Notes: generated by a model not told the origin, from the sequence alone. A stretch of 64,000 nucleotides of DNA from Glaucostegus cemiculus (GCA_976551045.1 CDPCPM010000054.1:3472001-3536000), one strand, 5' to 3'. Counted from the first letter of the stretch, positions 26,896 to 37,878 are shown. Numbers and translations are program-made.

Positions 26896-27859
26896 GGACT
26901 GTTCAGGACTGGGGCCAGCTTTAGTGATCAGAGTTGGCTCCAGGTTTTGTGACACAGAGCAGGAACCCATTTCAGTGATAGAGTGCTGGGTTACAGTTTC
27001 AGTGATGGCAGGAAACAGTTGTTCTGATATAGGCCAGGGCCAGTAATAATGATGCATTACTGAGGCCAGTGTTATTGACATAGAACCAAGACCTTTCTTA
27101 GAGGTATAGTACTTGTTCCCGGTTTACTTTTGCTGTATTTTGTTTCAATGTAATGTCAAAACTGAAAGTCACCCCCATCCTCCTGTCCAGGAGCACACAG
27201 GAGCCACGTTTGGAGTGGGTTGCTGTGAGGGGTGGCTTGGTTCGGATGATTAAGAGGGTGGGGGGAAGCAGGGTCAGAAATGCTGCAAAAGTCCTACTGA
27301 AGCTGTGACAGGCACAGCTGTAAGAGCATGATTATTTGTTCCACTGGATCAGTAAATGGCAGATCATTCCCTGGAGTAGAGTGCACTCCTGAAACGAGAT
27401 GAATCGAAGCTGCCAGATTTTAAAAGATTTTGCATGAACCTCTTTCCCTCCAAAATAGGTTTTGAGGGTGAGATGGGATAAGGGTTGGAGAGGGTGGGGG
27501 AGATTCTTTCAAGCCCTTTTGTTTGTATTATACTTGTGTTTAGTTTTGGACTGGGCTTTATCTCAATCGGATGAAAGTGGTCTACAATAAGAAATAGCTT
27601 CAGCTGGTAAGAGAGGAAAAAATTTCCAAATTGCGTTTTCTCTTAGAGACCTAAGGTCATTCAGGATTTCCATGTTGTTCTTCAGACAGACATAATTACA
27701 AATCCCACTGGAGCTAGGTGAACAGAAAGATAGGATGTGGCAGTGCTGGGGGTTAGACTGGAGGCCTCATGGTGATGTCTGGGTGCTCCCACAGAAAAAT
27801 CATTTCTTAAGGCCACGGTGTGAAGGAGTTCATTTCCCAAACCCAACTGAAGCACAAGG

Positions 27860-28095
27860 GCAGCAGGCACACAGCAACAACACTGCCTGCAGGTTCCCTT
27901 CCAAGTTATGCGATATCTTGATTTTGGAAATGTATTACCAATCCTTCACTGTCAATGGGTCTAAATCCTGGAACTTATCATTGAACACCACCAACAGAGT
28001 ACTTTCACCTGCGGTTCTAGGCAGCATCATTACCACCATCTTCTCAAAGACAATGAAGGATGGTCAATAAATGCTGGTCTTGCCAAGAATCAATA
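27860..28095 (+). mobile_element. 3' end of the second LINE family, decayed
   Basis: caagggcagcagg...gggtctaaatcctggaac...caataaatgctggtct. Confidence 0.65.
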
Positions 28096-28699
28096 AAAAG
28101 AGATCACTCTAATGACTAACGTATCCAGAATGTATTGAATGTCAAAATTGAATGTCACACATTGAGAAACTTCTAAGGTCTAAATTAACAAGGTGCTTGG
28201 GTCTTTAAAAACATGAGCAGAACAAAGTTTGCAATTTAACAAGTGCTTTAATAGTTCACATGGCATGGTAAAGGTATGCATGGAACAACCACACCTTGTA
28301 ATTGAAATTCATGATACTGATGGCTGCTAATTCATTTTGGAAGTCGTAATTATGCCAAGGTATTCTCCATCTGCCATGTTAAGCAGCAGATACTGGACAC
28401 AAAGATTAGTGTACTTTTACCATGAAGGTCAAGAGTCACTCCTGGGTAGCCATGGGCAAAGAGCCCTGACATGTGAAATGGTACAAGCCTCTTTGTGTCT
28501 ATCTTTTGCCTGTCCATTCTGGAGAAGTAGGGCTTGTAGCTTGGCCATTCCCCCCGCATCCCAATGTTCAGTGCTGTTCATTCCAGGTGTGAATCCTTTT
28601 TCTTCACTACTTCAAGCTCATCAGTAGGCAATCCACTAATATCTGCAGTCGATCCTGAAGCTCATTAAAGTTTGGAGTAAATATTTGTCACATTTTAAC

Positions 28700-28950
28700 T
28701 TTCTACAGCACCTTTTGCAATATTGGGATATCCAAAAGAGCTTTACAGCCAATGAAGTATCTGTGAGGGTCAATTACTTGTTACAATGTAATCAAACTCA
28801 GTGACTGATTTGTGCAGAGCAGACTCCACACACACCAATATGACAAGTAGACAACCTGCTCCATAACGTTGTTTAGCCAGGAGTCAGGAGAACTCACTTC
28901 TCTTCACTGAAATAGAAATGTGGCATATTTTACATTCACCTGAAGGGGCA
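28700..28950 (-). mobile_element. Deu-domain SINE 3' part, decayed
   Basis: ctttacagccaatgaagta, caggagaactc and ttttacattcacctga motifs. Confidence 0.6.
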
Positions 28951-29724
28951 TTTGTGCACTAGTTCCTTTAATTTGAACTTGATAGTAAAATGATTTGTTT
29001 GACTCTTTGGACTGTCTCCCTATAAAAAACAATCCTGACTCTGCAGCCAAGTATACTCTGAGGAAGTTAAGAGCAGACTATGGCATGGTGTATGAGCAAT
29101 CAAAGTGCAATAGCCCTGCCTTGGGCCAAGCATAGTTCAGAAACAAATTTCCATATATGTGCAACCTCCCTCAGTACTGCCAGTCCAGCTGTGCAGCAGT
29201 AACCAGTACTGCTACTCCTAGAGTACAGCACCACCTCACCACTGCTCTCCAACTGCAAGGATCCTTCAAAATGGTGCATTAAGCCTCTCTGTTCAAAGGA
29301 AGCTGGGTACATTCCTTACTCATCTGGAGAGACCAAGAAGATCAAGAACACAGTTTTACTGGCATTGCTGTTTTCCCAGGGTGCCATTGAGTGCATGCAT
29401 GTCTCCACCAATCTGTACTGCAGCTGAAAGGAATTCTACTCCCTCACTATTCAGTTGGTGTGTGGCCAAAGGCTGTTTGCAATGTCTATTACCCTGGCAG
29501 CAGGCATTGTCCCGTCATTCCACAGCTCAGAGCCACAAAAGATTTTGGGTGACAAGGACTGCCTGCAGGTGACTGGGTTTCAAGTGCACAATCCATGCAC
29601 ACACAGGCAACCTATATGCAAGAATACCATGCTCCCATGTGAAATAATGCACAACAGACCACTGGCAACTTGAAGAATTATTCCATTGGGTACACCATTT
29701 TGGAAGATCCCTGCAGTTGATGAG

Positions 29725-30435
29725 AAAGTGTTGTTCTGTTGGAGGACCAGTACTGAGGTACTGCTGTGCAGTTGGATAGGCAGTATTCAGGGAGTGCTGC
29801 ACAGTTGGAGCAGAAGTGCTGAGCGAGTGTTGTACAGTTGGAGGGGCAGTACAGAGGGTGTGCTGTACTGTTGGAGGGGCAGTACCAAAGGGATGTTGCA
29901 CTATTAGAGGAGCAGTACTGAGGGAGTGTTGCATTGTCAGAGCAGCAGTACTGAGTGCTCCACTGTCAGAGGGGCAATGCAGCTGTGCTGCTGCACTTCT
30001 GGAAGATTGGTGCTAAGGTCGTGCCATACTGTCAGAGTAGCAGTACAGAGGGAGAGTTTCCCCAGAAGGATAATACTAGGGAAGTGTTGCACCATGGGAG
30101 GGGGCAGTACTGATGGAGTGTTGCACAATCAGAGTTGGCCAAGTTCTCCCTCAAGTTTACAGTGGAAATCCTTAGAGCAGGAGTGTTCCAGAACATTGAA
30201 CAGTACAGCACAGGAACAGGCCCTTTGGCCCACCATGCCAATTCTCTCAGCGGCCAATATTTATCCTTCAACCAGCATTACTAAAACAGATTTTTTGGTC
30301 ATCATCACATTTTTGTTTGTAGGAGCTTGCTGCGTGTAAATTGGTTGCTAAGTTGTCCGCATCACAATACTGCACACTCTTTAGAAATATTTCATTGGTC
30401 ATAAAGTACTTTGGGACATAGTGGTGAAAGACTTC
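29725..30435 (+). repeat. 33-bp tandem array (gtgctgcactgttggaggggcagtactgaggga, ~12 units, ~29725-30130) running into the 3' part of a Deu-domain SINE
   Basis: 11-aa periodicity in ORF 29527..29934; followed by ggccaatatttatcc...ggagcttgctg...ctttgggaca. Confidence 0.8.
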
Positions 30436-30449
30436 AAGCCTTCCTTCCT

Positions 30450-31950
30450 GGCACTCAGAGGACAGAAATGTAGATCGGCCGGATACCCTGCAAGCCTCTG
30501 TAACCCACAGCTACAACTGCAGCAGCCTCAGCTAACACTGCAGCACTCAGTTTTAGTGCCTTCTGTTGGTCCTGCAGTGGAAGCTGATAAATCGGCCATC
30601 AAATGCTGCATCATACTTGGTCCACAATTGTGCAAATGTAATTGGCCATCACTTCCAGACTGGAGAGGACAGCTACAGGCTCTATGCAAAATCCTGTGCC
30701 AAGTTGGTGCTGAACTCCCCATGCTACGTGACAGTGAATGCAGGCTTTCTGGCAACCCTGCCAATGCAGCAAGCACTTCATTGTGCATACCCATCAGTCT
30801 TCTTCAGTAGCCAGTCCCATCAAAGTCCTCATCTGATCACTCTGCATCCTTGAGGGTGCTGACACTTGCACTATCGTGGCCCCCTGCCATGGCTGCAGGC
30901 CACTCATGCCTGGAGATCCCACCTCTCTGCCTTCCTCTAAATTATGCACAGTATCAGTATCTGAGCTGGTTGCTGAGACAGTGAAATCGAGTGACGATGT
31001 GACTTCAGCACTGCTGCCGTCTTGCTGTCCCCCACTGCCTGGACAGGATGCAGTTCTTCGGTATCTGCAATGGAAAATGGGCAAGGGTAAAGTTATGATG
31101 CGGGGACCAGAGGGAAGTGAGAGGTGCATGCTCACGCCATTTGCAACCTGCAAACCAGAATAGAGTGTAGAGGAGGGTGTATGGAAATTTAAGTACAAGG
31201 GTACGATCCCTTTCGATGGGCTCAACCCTGGCACTGGCCACAGATACAATATAGGTGTCCGATTAATGCATAGTACTCTTCTCCATGATATTACAATGTA
31301 TAGATGAATTTGTCCTTTATTGTTAGCTGCCTCTGATTGTGTACCATCAGGGGAAGATGTGCAGGTATATGGTTTGGGTGGATATGTCTATCAGGATTGG
31401 TAACTGACAGCTCTGCAAGCTGCAAGCTGTAAGTGTGAGGCTAACGTTGGGAATAAATGTAAAAGAATGAGGTAAAGCATATGGATGTTACATAAGTGTC
31501 CTGATTAATGAAGGCAGTAGGCAGGTGGGTGATGGGGGCATTGTGCATTGAGCCAGGTCTCAGGCTGGTAATTCGACTGATGGGACATGGCATTAAGGAG
31601 GCATTCACTGACCTTGACCACATATGTGAGGTCACTGAACTTCTTGCGATGCCAAATCCAGATCCTCAGGGTTTGAGAGCTGGTAATGACCATATCTTTT
31701 TACTCTTGCTGACTCGAGGCCCCCTACAGATACAGGACATCACCCCTACATTCAAGGCCTGCTGTGCAGCATTAGAAAACCTTGGAGCTTGCACTCTCCC
31801 ACGTTGTACCACTCTTCATTGATTCCCAGGTCAGATTTACTTCCTGTGCAGCTGGCTACAACCGCTCCAGCCATGGTGCACTCCCCTTTAAGGTGTGCAA
31901 GCTGACTTCAACTGGAGCTAGCCCTCATAATACTGGCTATTTGCTGTTGT
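30450..31950 (-). pseudogene. Decayed PIF/Harbinger-type Myb/SANT-like gene with intron remnants
   Basis: Minus strand gives VQRGRVQAPRFSNAAQQAL...RIWIWHRKKFSDLTYVVK|gtcagt (Myb_DNA-bind_5-like); downstream ttgcag acceptor and an LMGMHNEVLAALAGLPESL-like segment. Confidence 0.6.
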
Positions 31951-32094
31951 GACCAGCCAATCCACAATGGTCATTTGATACTAAAATCATTGACAAGACT
32001 CATCAGCACAAAATTGGAGTGCTTCCCATGTTGCAATTAATTGTGCATTAAGATCCCTGTGTCTATTATCAAAGGTTATCATAGTTAGCCTTCT

Positions 32095-32520
32095 TTAAGG
32101 TCAGCCATTGTTCAATGGCACAGTTTAGAGTCAGTTAGTGGTCACCAGCATGATTTAGAATGAATCAACATTCAAAGACACTGTTCAGGGTGAGTTGGTG
32201 TTTCATTGGCTTGGATTAGAGTGAGTTAATGTTTAATGGCACTGTTCAGGATCAGTCACTATTCAGTAGCACATTTGGGGGTTAGTCAGTATTCAGTGGC
32301 ATGGTTTAGGGTTATTCAGTGTTCTGTAGCAGGATTTAGGGCCAGTCAGTGTCCAACAGCGCAGCTTGGGGTCAGTCAGTATTCAATGGCATGGCTTAGG
32401 ATGAGTCAGCTCAACCGAAATGGCACAACCTGATTTTGGACAATTAGTGTTCAATTACATGATTTAAGTTCATAGTTAATGGAATAGATTGAGCACAGTC
32501 AAAGTTCAATGACACAGTCA
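32095..32520 (+). repeat. Degenerate 30-bp tandem repeat (~GTCAGTATTCAGTGGCATGGTTTAGGGTCA)
   Basis: 10-aa periodicity in ORF 32236..32433 (VAHLGVSQYS/VAWFRVIQCS/VAGFRASQCP). Confidence 0.8.
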
Positions 32521-32919
32521 ACTATGACTAAACAGCAATGGGACGGTTGACTCATGTGACCCAGAGAAGGTTGGTGCATTTGGCGCTGACTAGTCCTTCA
32601 CTTCTCCTCCTTCAAACCCATGCAGCCACACCCATGCTTGCCACTTTGGCATGTTCAAAATCAAGAGAAACTAAGGAAATGAGAAAAACATTAATGGAAT
32701 CCAGGACACAAAAATTGCAACTAAATGGGGATTAGAGAAAATAACAGTCCAAAACAAGGCAAAACCAAAATTTTTAATTAATAAATTAAAATGTTGATTG
32801 TTTTCTCGGAAACAACAAAAGCCTTTGCTTCCTAGAAATACTGTGCTTGATGTTAATAAGGGAGGCTACAACAAAGGACTTTTCTCTTGTGTGGCTTCAG
32901 GAGGAAATATAAGAGTTTA

Positions 32920-33210
32920 AATTGATTCAGCCTTTGAATCCTCAGTGGCACCAGCCAAACTCTTAACTTCTACTACCAAGGAGGGTAGGAGGATCAGAGC
33001 ACTTCCCCAAATCATCCACCGTCCTGACTTGCAAGTATTTAACTGTTCTTTCACCGTCAGTGGGTTTAAATCCTGGAGCTCTGTCTCCAACAGCACTGCA
33101 GGAAAAGCTTCACTGGAAGAACTGCAGCGGTTCAATGAGCTCACCACCATCAAAGGTGATCAGGGATGAGCAATAAATGTTGTGACACCATCCCATTAAT
33201 GAATATAAAA
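32920..33210 (+). mobile_element. 3' end of the second LINE family, preceded by a short piece that looks antisense
   Basis: cctgacttgcaagtat...actgcagcggttcaa...gcaataaatg...aatgaata. Confidence 0.6.
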
Positions 33211-34519
33211 ATCAAATTTTTTTCATGAAAAGTATTAGGTGCTGTACAAATACTAAACAATTTACACTGTTGCAGAAAGTCATGACTTATTCTCATTGTA
33301 TTTTGAAACCAGGAATTACTATGCTCCATCTGAACAATCCAAGACTCACATTGCCACTGTGCCTTTCACAACCTCAGCAGCTCAATCATTTTGCAAGTCA
33401 CCACATAAGCTTGGTCGCTGCTGTTGTAAATGTAGCAGAAGATTACCCATTTGTGCACAGCACGTTTCCACAAATAGAAACATGATGATGGTTAGAAAAT
33501 GTGGTTTAATGATGTTGGCTGAGGGATAATGTATTGACCTGTTCACTGGAGACAACACACTGCTCACTGATAGAGCCTTATTTAACATCACAACTGAAAG
33601 ACAACATACCTAATATCAATCCCGACTCAAAGATGCCAGTACCAGTCTGTGAGGTCTTGCTGGAACTTGATTAATATGAGCTGACATTGACCCAGGTGTG
33701 ATACTTTGTTGTGGTTTGCAATGCTGTCCGTTTCACCAAGCAGTCCAGTTGGTAATCTGGTGGTCAACTCCTTTGCCCTCCCCCCAACCCCTTGACCTCG
33801 CCCAAACCCTCCACATTACTGTTGTACAGATCACACTGTGATTGGGTAGGTCAACAACTACAGGGGTGGTTCCTTCTGGTAAGCACCAGCTAAGTACCCT
33901 TCAGTAATTTAGCAAAAAATCAGTGCAAATTTTAATATTAATATTTCTTGATAATAATTCTTGATTTAGTAATTTTAAGTATGCAGTTTGATTTGGGGCC
34001 AAGTTGTGATTTCAAGGAGTAAAACTGGGAATGACTGAAGGTTTTAACCTGATAAACGTTCTTGGTATGCCTGGACCAGACTCGACACACGGGCAGCATT
34101 AGTGAGCACAGAGTTTGGCAGGAGATGGAGCTGGACAGATATGGCAGCAAGAAACCACTTGTAAGAGACAATCCATCCAGATATGTCATTATTGCAACCA
34201 TGTGATTTATCTTTGTGGGCAGCAGTTGACAAGGTGAGCTCCTAGGCTCACTATACAGGACTATGGCCATTGGTATAAAGAAAGGCCCTGGAAACAGTCA
34301 GTGCAAAAGTGCCAAAGCACTGGCTGCATAGAAGCAAAACAATTAGAGAAGCAATGGAAGAAGACACAATGGAAGAAGACTCACCTAATCAATGCACATG
34401 TAACACTTGTATTGGTCTGTGGAATGCAGTTTGTATACTGTATGTAACTGAGTGGGAGGTGTGTGTCTCTCTGTCTATGGTGGGGTTGTGTATGTCATTG
34501 ACTGTATTTTCTAACTGCA

Positions 34520-34630
34520 AGTTGTTTTTGTGGCTGAATGTGAATTTGGTACAGTGTTTGTGTGTGTCTCAGTGGCTTGAGTGTGTGTGAGTGTGTGTGC
34601 CTGTGTACATGTGTTGGTATGTGTGGGTGA
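34520..34630. repeat. Degenerate (TG)n-rich microsatellite
   Basis: gtgtgtgtctc...gtgtgtgtgagtgtgtgtgcctgtg. Confidence 0.6.
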
Positions 34631-35460
34631 GATCCATCATGTGTTGTGAGATGGGAATAGAATGATGAGGGGATACACATGATTAGTCTTCCAGTGTGTC
34701 TGGATTTCAGCGAGGAGGGAATGGGGCCACAGGAAGCAGTTCTTGGATGGGAAGGACTTTGGTCCCTGGCGAACTCTGGGTGACTGAGACAGGATGGTGA
34801 GGGAGAGTTAATTTTAAGATATCTTCACTGTAAGCTGCCTCCACCTCTCAACAACTGCTGATCCAAGGCAAGTGCAGCCAAGCTTACAGAGGTGGCATTG
34901 GTGCAACAAGAGAATACACCCGTTAAAGTGAAATGCATTTTATTCTGAACACTTTATCCCACCTTGCGCTTTACTTTTATCTCCTTGGATTTCCCCATGA
35001 TGGAAAATGAGGACAGCTTCTCCTCCACTGCCCTTGCCAACCCTGCACAAAATGTTGGGGAAATGCAAAAGTCCTGTGTTTATCTCACATCATTCTCGCT
35101 GTTGTTACTTACTCTGTCCTGTCCTTTGCCCCACACAGAGCTTCCATTTTGCTCTTTCCAGCATTTGTCCTTTTCCCTGGTCTATAATTTATTATTTCAT
35201 TTTGGGGATGTTGCCCATCACCTACTGCCGTCAAGGAGGAAGTCGTGTGTGGCCTTATTGACAACCAAGTGGCTTGCTGGGACATTTTACAGGGCAGTTA
35301 AGAGTCAACCACAATGCTGAGGGCCTGGATTTCCACAAAGGTCAGATCAGGTGAGGATGGCAGACTTCCTCCTCAAAAGACATTTGGTACAGTGAATGGA
35401 ATTTTTATAGAAATCCAGTAATTCCAGTCACCTTATAAGCTAATGTCAAATATCTACTCA

Positions 35461-35590
35461 TTCTAATGAAAGGTCATCATCCTAAATACTTAATTCTGTT
35501 TCCCTTTCCACAGATGTGCCTGACCTACTGAGTGTTTCCTGCACCCCTGTTGTATTTCAGGTTTCCAACATCTGCAGTGTTTGTGTTTGC
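35461..35590 (+). mobile_element. Penelope-associated repeat with a degenerate hammerhead-like core
   Basis: ctaatgaaaggtcatcatcctaaatac...ccacagatgtgcctgacctactgagtgtttcctgca...atttcaggtttccaacatctgcagt. Confidence 0.6.
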
Positions 35591-35920
35591 TTTTGCTTTC
35601 AGTTTCCTGACCCTCCCTCTTTTAAATTGCATCATCTCTCAGCGTCTTTTCAACATAAAACCAATTGTTAGGAGCTTGGAGGTCTGCCATATCATTTCAC
35701 TGGAAACCTTACAAAGTGTGAAACTGCCTGATCGCATCCAGACTCTTAAAACAATAGTCTTCCCTATTTCTTTAAAAAGCTTAAACATAAATCTACAATT
35801 ACTTTATTAGAAAAGCAGTAAAACTTAAAGTAAACTAAGAGAAAACATTTCATCTTGTCATTGGATGCAAGTAAAGAGATGGTACATAGTTAAATCTATT
35901 CAAGCATAAATCAGAAAGGA

Positions 35921-35926
35921 CTATAC
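35921..35926 (-). promoter_or_regulatory. Splice donor of the BNC2 exon (AG|GTATAG, weak at +4 to +6)
   Basis: Minus strand GAC AG|GTATAG; BNC2 similarity stops here. Confidence 0.85.
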
Positions 35927-36063
35927 CTGTCTCTGCTCCTGCGAGATGGGAATGCTGCATTGCAACCTTCCACTGTGCAAACATGCATCTCCTTCAGGTG
36001 AACATTCTTGTAGTGTAACTTCACACTGTAGGAGCTTTTAAAGCTCTTCTTGCAGACGTAACA
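35927..36063 (-). other. BNC2: C2H2 zinc-finger pair 2 of BNC2 (finger 4 is completed by the next exon, not seen in this window)
   Basis: CYVC...HYKNVH then CTVEGC...RRSRD; the exon ends before the His ligands. Confidence 0.9.
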
Positions 36064-37878
36064 GATCTTGGGGTCAGGGCTGGAGCAAAGTTCACTCTCT
36101 GGTGAGTATTTCTGGGGACTGCCATATCCCATAGAAGAGGCAAAGCCTTCCTGGAGGGCAGCCATGCTCCCAGCTCCTCCGTTATACAAGCCATACTGGC
36201 TGATACTATAGAACATGTCATAGGTTGGGTCACTGAACTCCTCCTTTATTTTAATGGTTTGGGGAGGAGGGGAAATGCAGTCTTTGTCTTCATTCTTGCT
36301 GCTTGACATTTCTTCCTTATCAAAGATCTCTCTGTGTGTCTGCTCCTCATTTTCTGTGGCATCATCGCACATTTTAGACTCTGAGCCTTCAGACTCATCC
36401 TCAAAATCGCGGTCCTGCTCATGATCCTCAGAAGTAATGCTCCCCATTTTTTTATCCTCAAACCCACCAAGGCTTCTCTCATCATCTGCCTTTCTGCTGC
36501 TGTGCATGTGAATGGCAGGACTCATACCCTTGTGACCGTTGCCATTGCTCATTTCCTCATCATGAATGTCATTGTTGACATGATTCTCATTGACCTGATC
36601 CTCTTCATCAAACTCATCAGCTGCACCAATCACCTCTTTTTCTATCTTGACAGGCATACTTGATTTGCGAGACTTTTTCTTGGGGGCAAGTTCAGCTGCA
36701 AGCTCCTGGACAGTGGATGGGTGCTGCTCAGGTCCACAAGGCTGCTCCAGGCTGGCTACCACTGGCATGATGGGACTGGTAGGGAGTGAGTTCGGTGGAC
36801 TCACCATTTCACCAGAGGTCAGCAGGCTCCGGTAAAATGGAGGGACAGGCTGCACTGTTTTTAATGAAGGGAACACCAGTGGGCTTTGAAGAACTGGATC
36901 CACTGAGGACGAGCTGAAGCCCAGGGATGGCCGTCCAGGAGACGAAAGACTCAAATTTGACTTGATGCTGGATATGACGGGAGTGGCAGCTCCAGATGTG
37001 GCTCGAATGAGGTCCTTGTCTCGGTTGTTCCTCAACATTGGCATGTGCAGGCGGGGGTTGGGATTTGCACTATGTCGATTGCGACTCCTCAGGGAACTGA
37101 AGACCATGTTACAGCCTTCAATGGTGCACCTGTGCTTGATCTTCAGATGCACAGCATTGTAGTGGATCTTGAGTGTGCCTTTGTCATAGAAGGTCTTGCC
37201 ACAGGCATTGCAGACCACTCGGCCTTTCCTTGGGGTCAACCCATTCCTTCGCATCCTCTGAATCTTTGCATTCAGAATGCTGGCTTTGGAGTGGTCAGAT
37301 TTGACGGGGTCATTTGCAGGAGCTGGAGTGTGAATTGGGGACATGCTCTTCTGTTCATTTTTGGGTTCAATGTTGATGATGCTGCTGAGTGCATTCCTGC
37401 TGCCTGATTGGTCACCTCGAAAAGGTGAAACAGAGACTTCAGACTCACTGCTCTCCACACGCTCATTCTGGATGGGAAGGTTAGGTTCCCTCAGTCTCAG
37501 GCTTGGCTGTTCAAGCATGACCCCATTGGGAGGGAGGCCAAGTAGTGGAGCAGACACAGGGTTTATGTACTGGAATGGAAGCAGGAAGGCCAGGCTATTA
37601 GGGATGTTTTCAAAATGATGGATGCTGGAAGGGTTGCTGTTTTCGAGATGAGCAAGGAGGCTGGGGCTCCGTGTCCGATTGTTGCCTTCTATAAAAGTCC
37701 TGATATCGGAATCTGCTTTGGAAGTCGGCACTGCCACAGCCTGCCCTTCTTTTTCTTGGATGGCCATCAGCTCCACAATGGATTTGGTTTCTCCGAATCT
37801 CAGGAACTGCTGGAGGGTAATGATCTCCTCTTCCCGGGACATGATTGCCCAACGGTCCAGCACCTTGCCTGCAGCATC
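35927..37878 (-). CDS. BNC2: Basonuclin-2, large internal coding exon (orthologue of human exon 6), 1,952 nt, phase 0 to phase 2
   Basis: Translation [46 protein letters not shown]...[56 protein letters not shown]...[17 protein letters not shown]...[45 protein letters not shown] matches BNC2 as I know it. AG acceptor at 37880-37879 and GT donor at 35926-35925 bracket the open frame. Confidence 0.96.
36658..36684 (-). other. BNC2: Basonuclin nuclear localisation signal PKKKSRKSS
   Basis: CCC AAG AAA AAG TCT CGC AAA TCA AGT read in frame on the minus strand. Confidence 0.88.
37045..37212 (-). other. BNC2: C2H2 zinc-finger pair 1 of BNC2
   Basis: CxxC...HYNAVH followed by CxxxxC...[10 protein letters not shown] in the exon frame. 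Confidence 0.92.

Larger units (their letters stand above)
12490..27125 (+). repeat. Degenerate 26-bp minisatellite (consensus ~TACAGGGCTGGGGCCAGTTTTAGTGA), about 5 kb of units split by many insertions
   Basis: Consecutive 26-nt units, e.g. gccagttttactgatatagagctgtg / gccagttttactgacacagggcttgg / ggcagttttagtgacacaggcctagg from ~12950; all blocks in the same orientation. Confidence 0.9.

Noticed and set aside
12490-27125. CRISPR-like array
   Set aside because: Units are head-to-tail and degenerate with no unique spacers, there are no cas genes, and the context is a vertebrate intron.
1-35900. Terminal BNC2 exon (HSANINLH..., finger pair 3)
   Set aside because: No such peptide appears in the ORF track or in my reading; it probably lies beyond the left edge.
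35911-37863. The 650-aa ORF as a complete single-exon gene starting MLDRW
   Set aside because: The start is a GTG (Val) inside the exon. Homology extends to the AG at 37879 and ends at the GT at 35926, so this is an internal exon.
35927-37878. BNC1 instead of BNC2
   Set aside because: Apart from the NLS serine, the linker sequences ([51 protein letters not shown]) follow BNC2 as I recall it.
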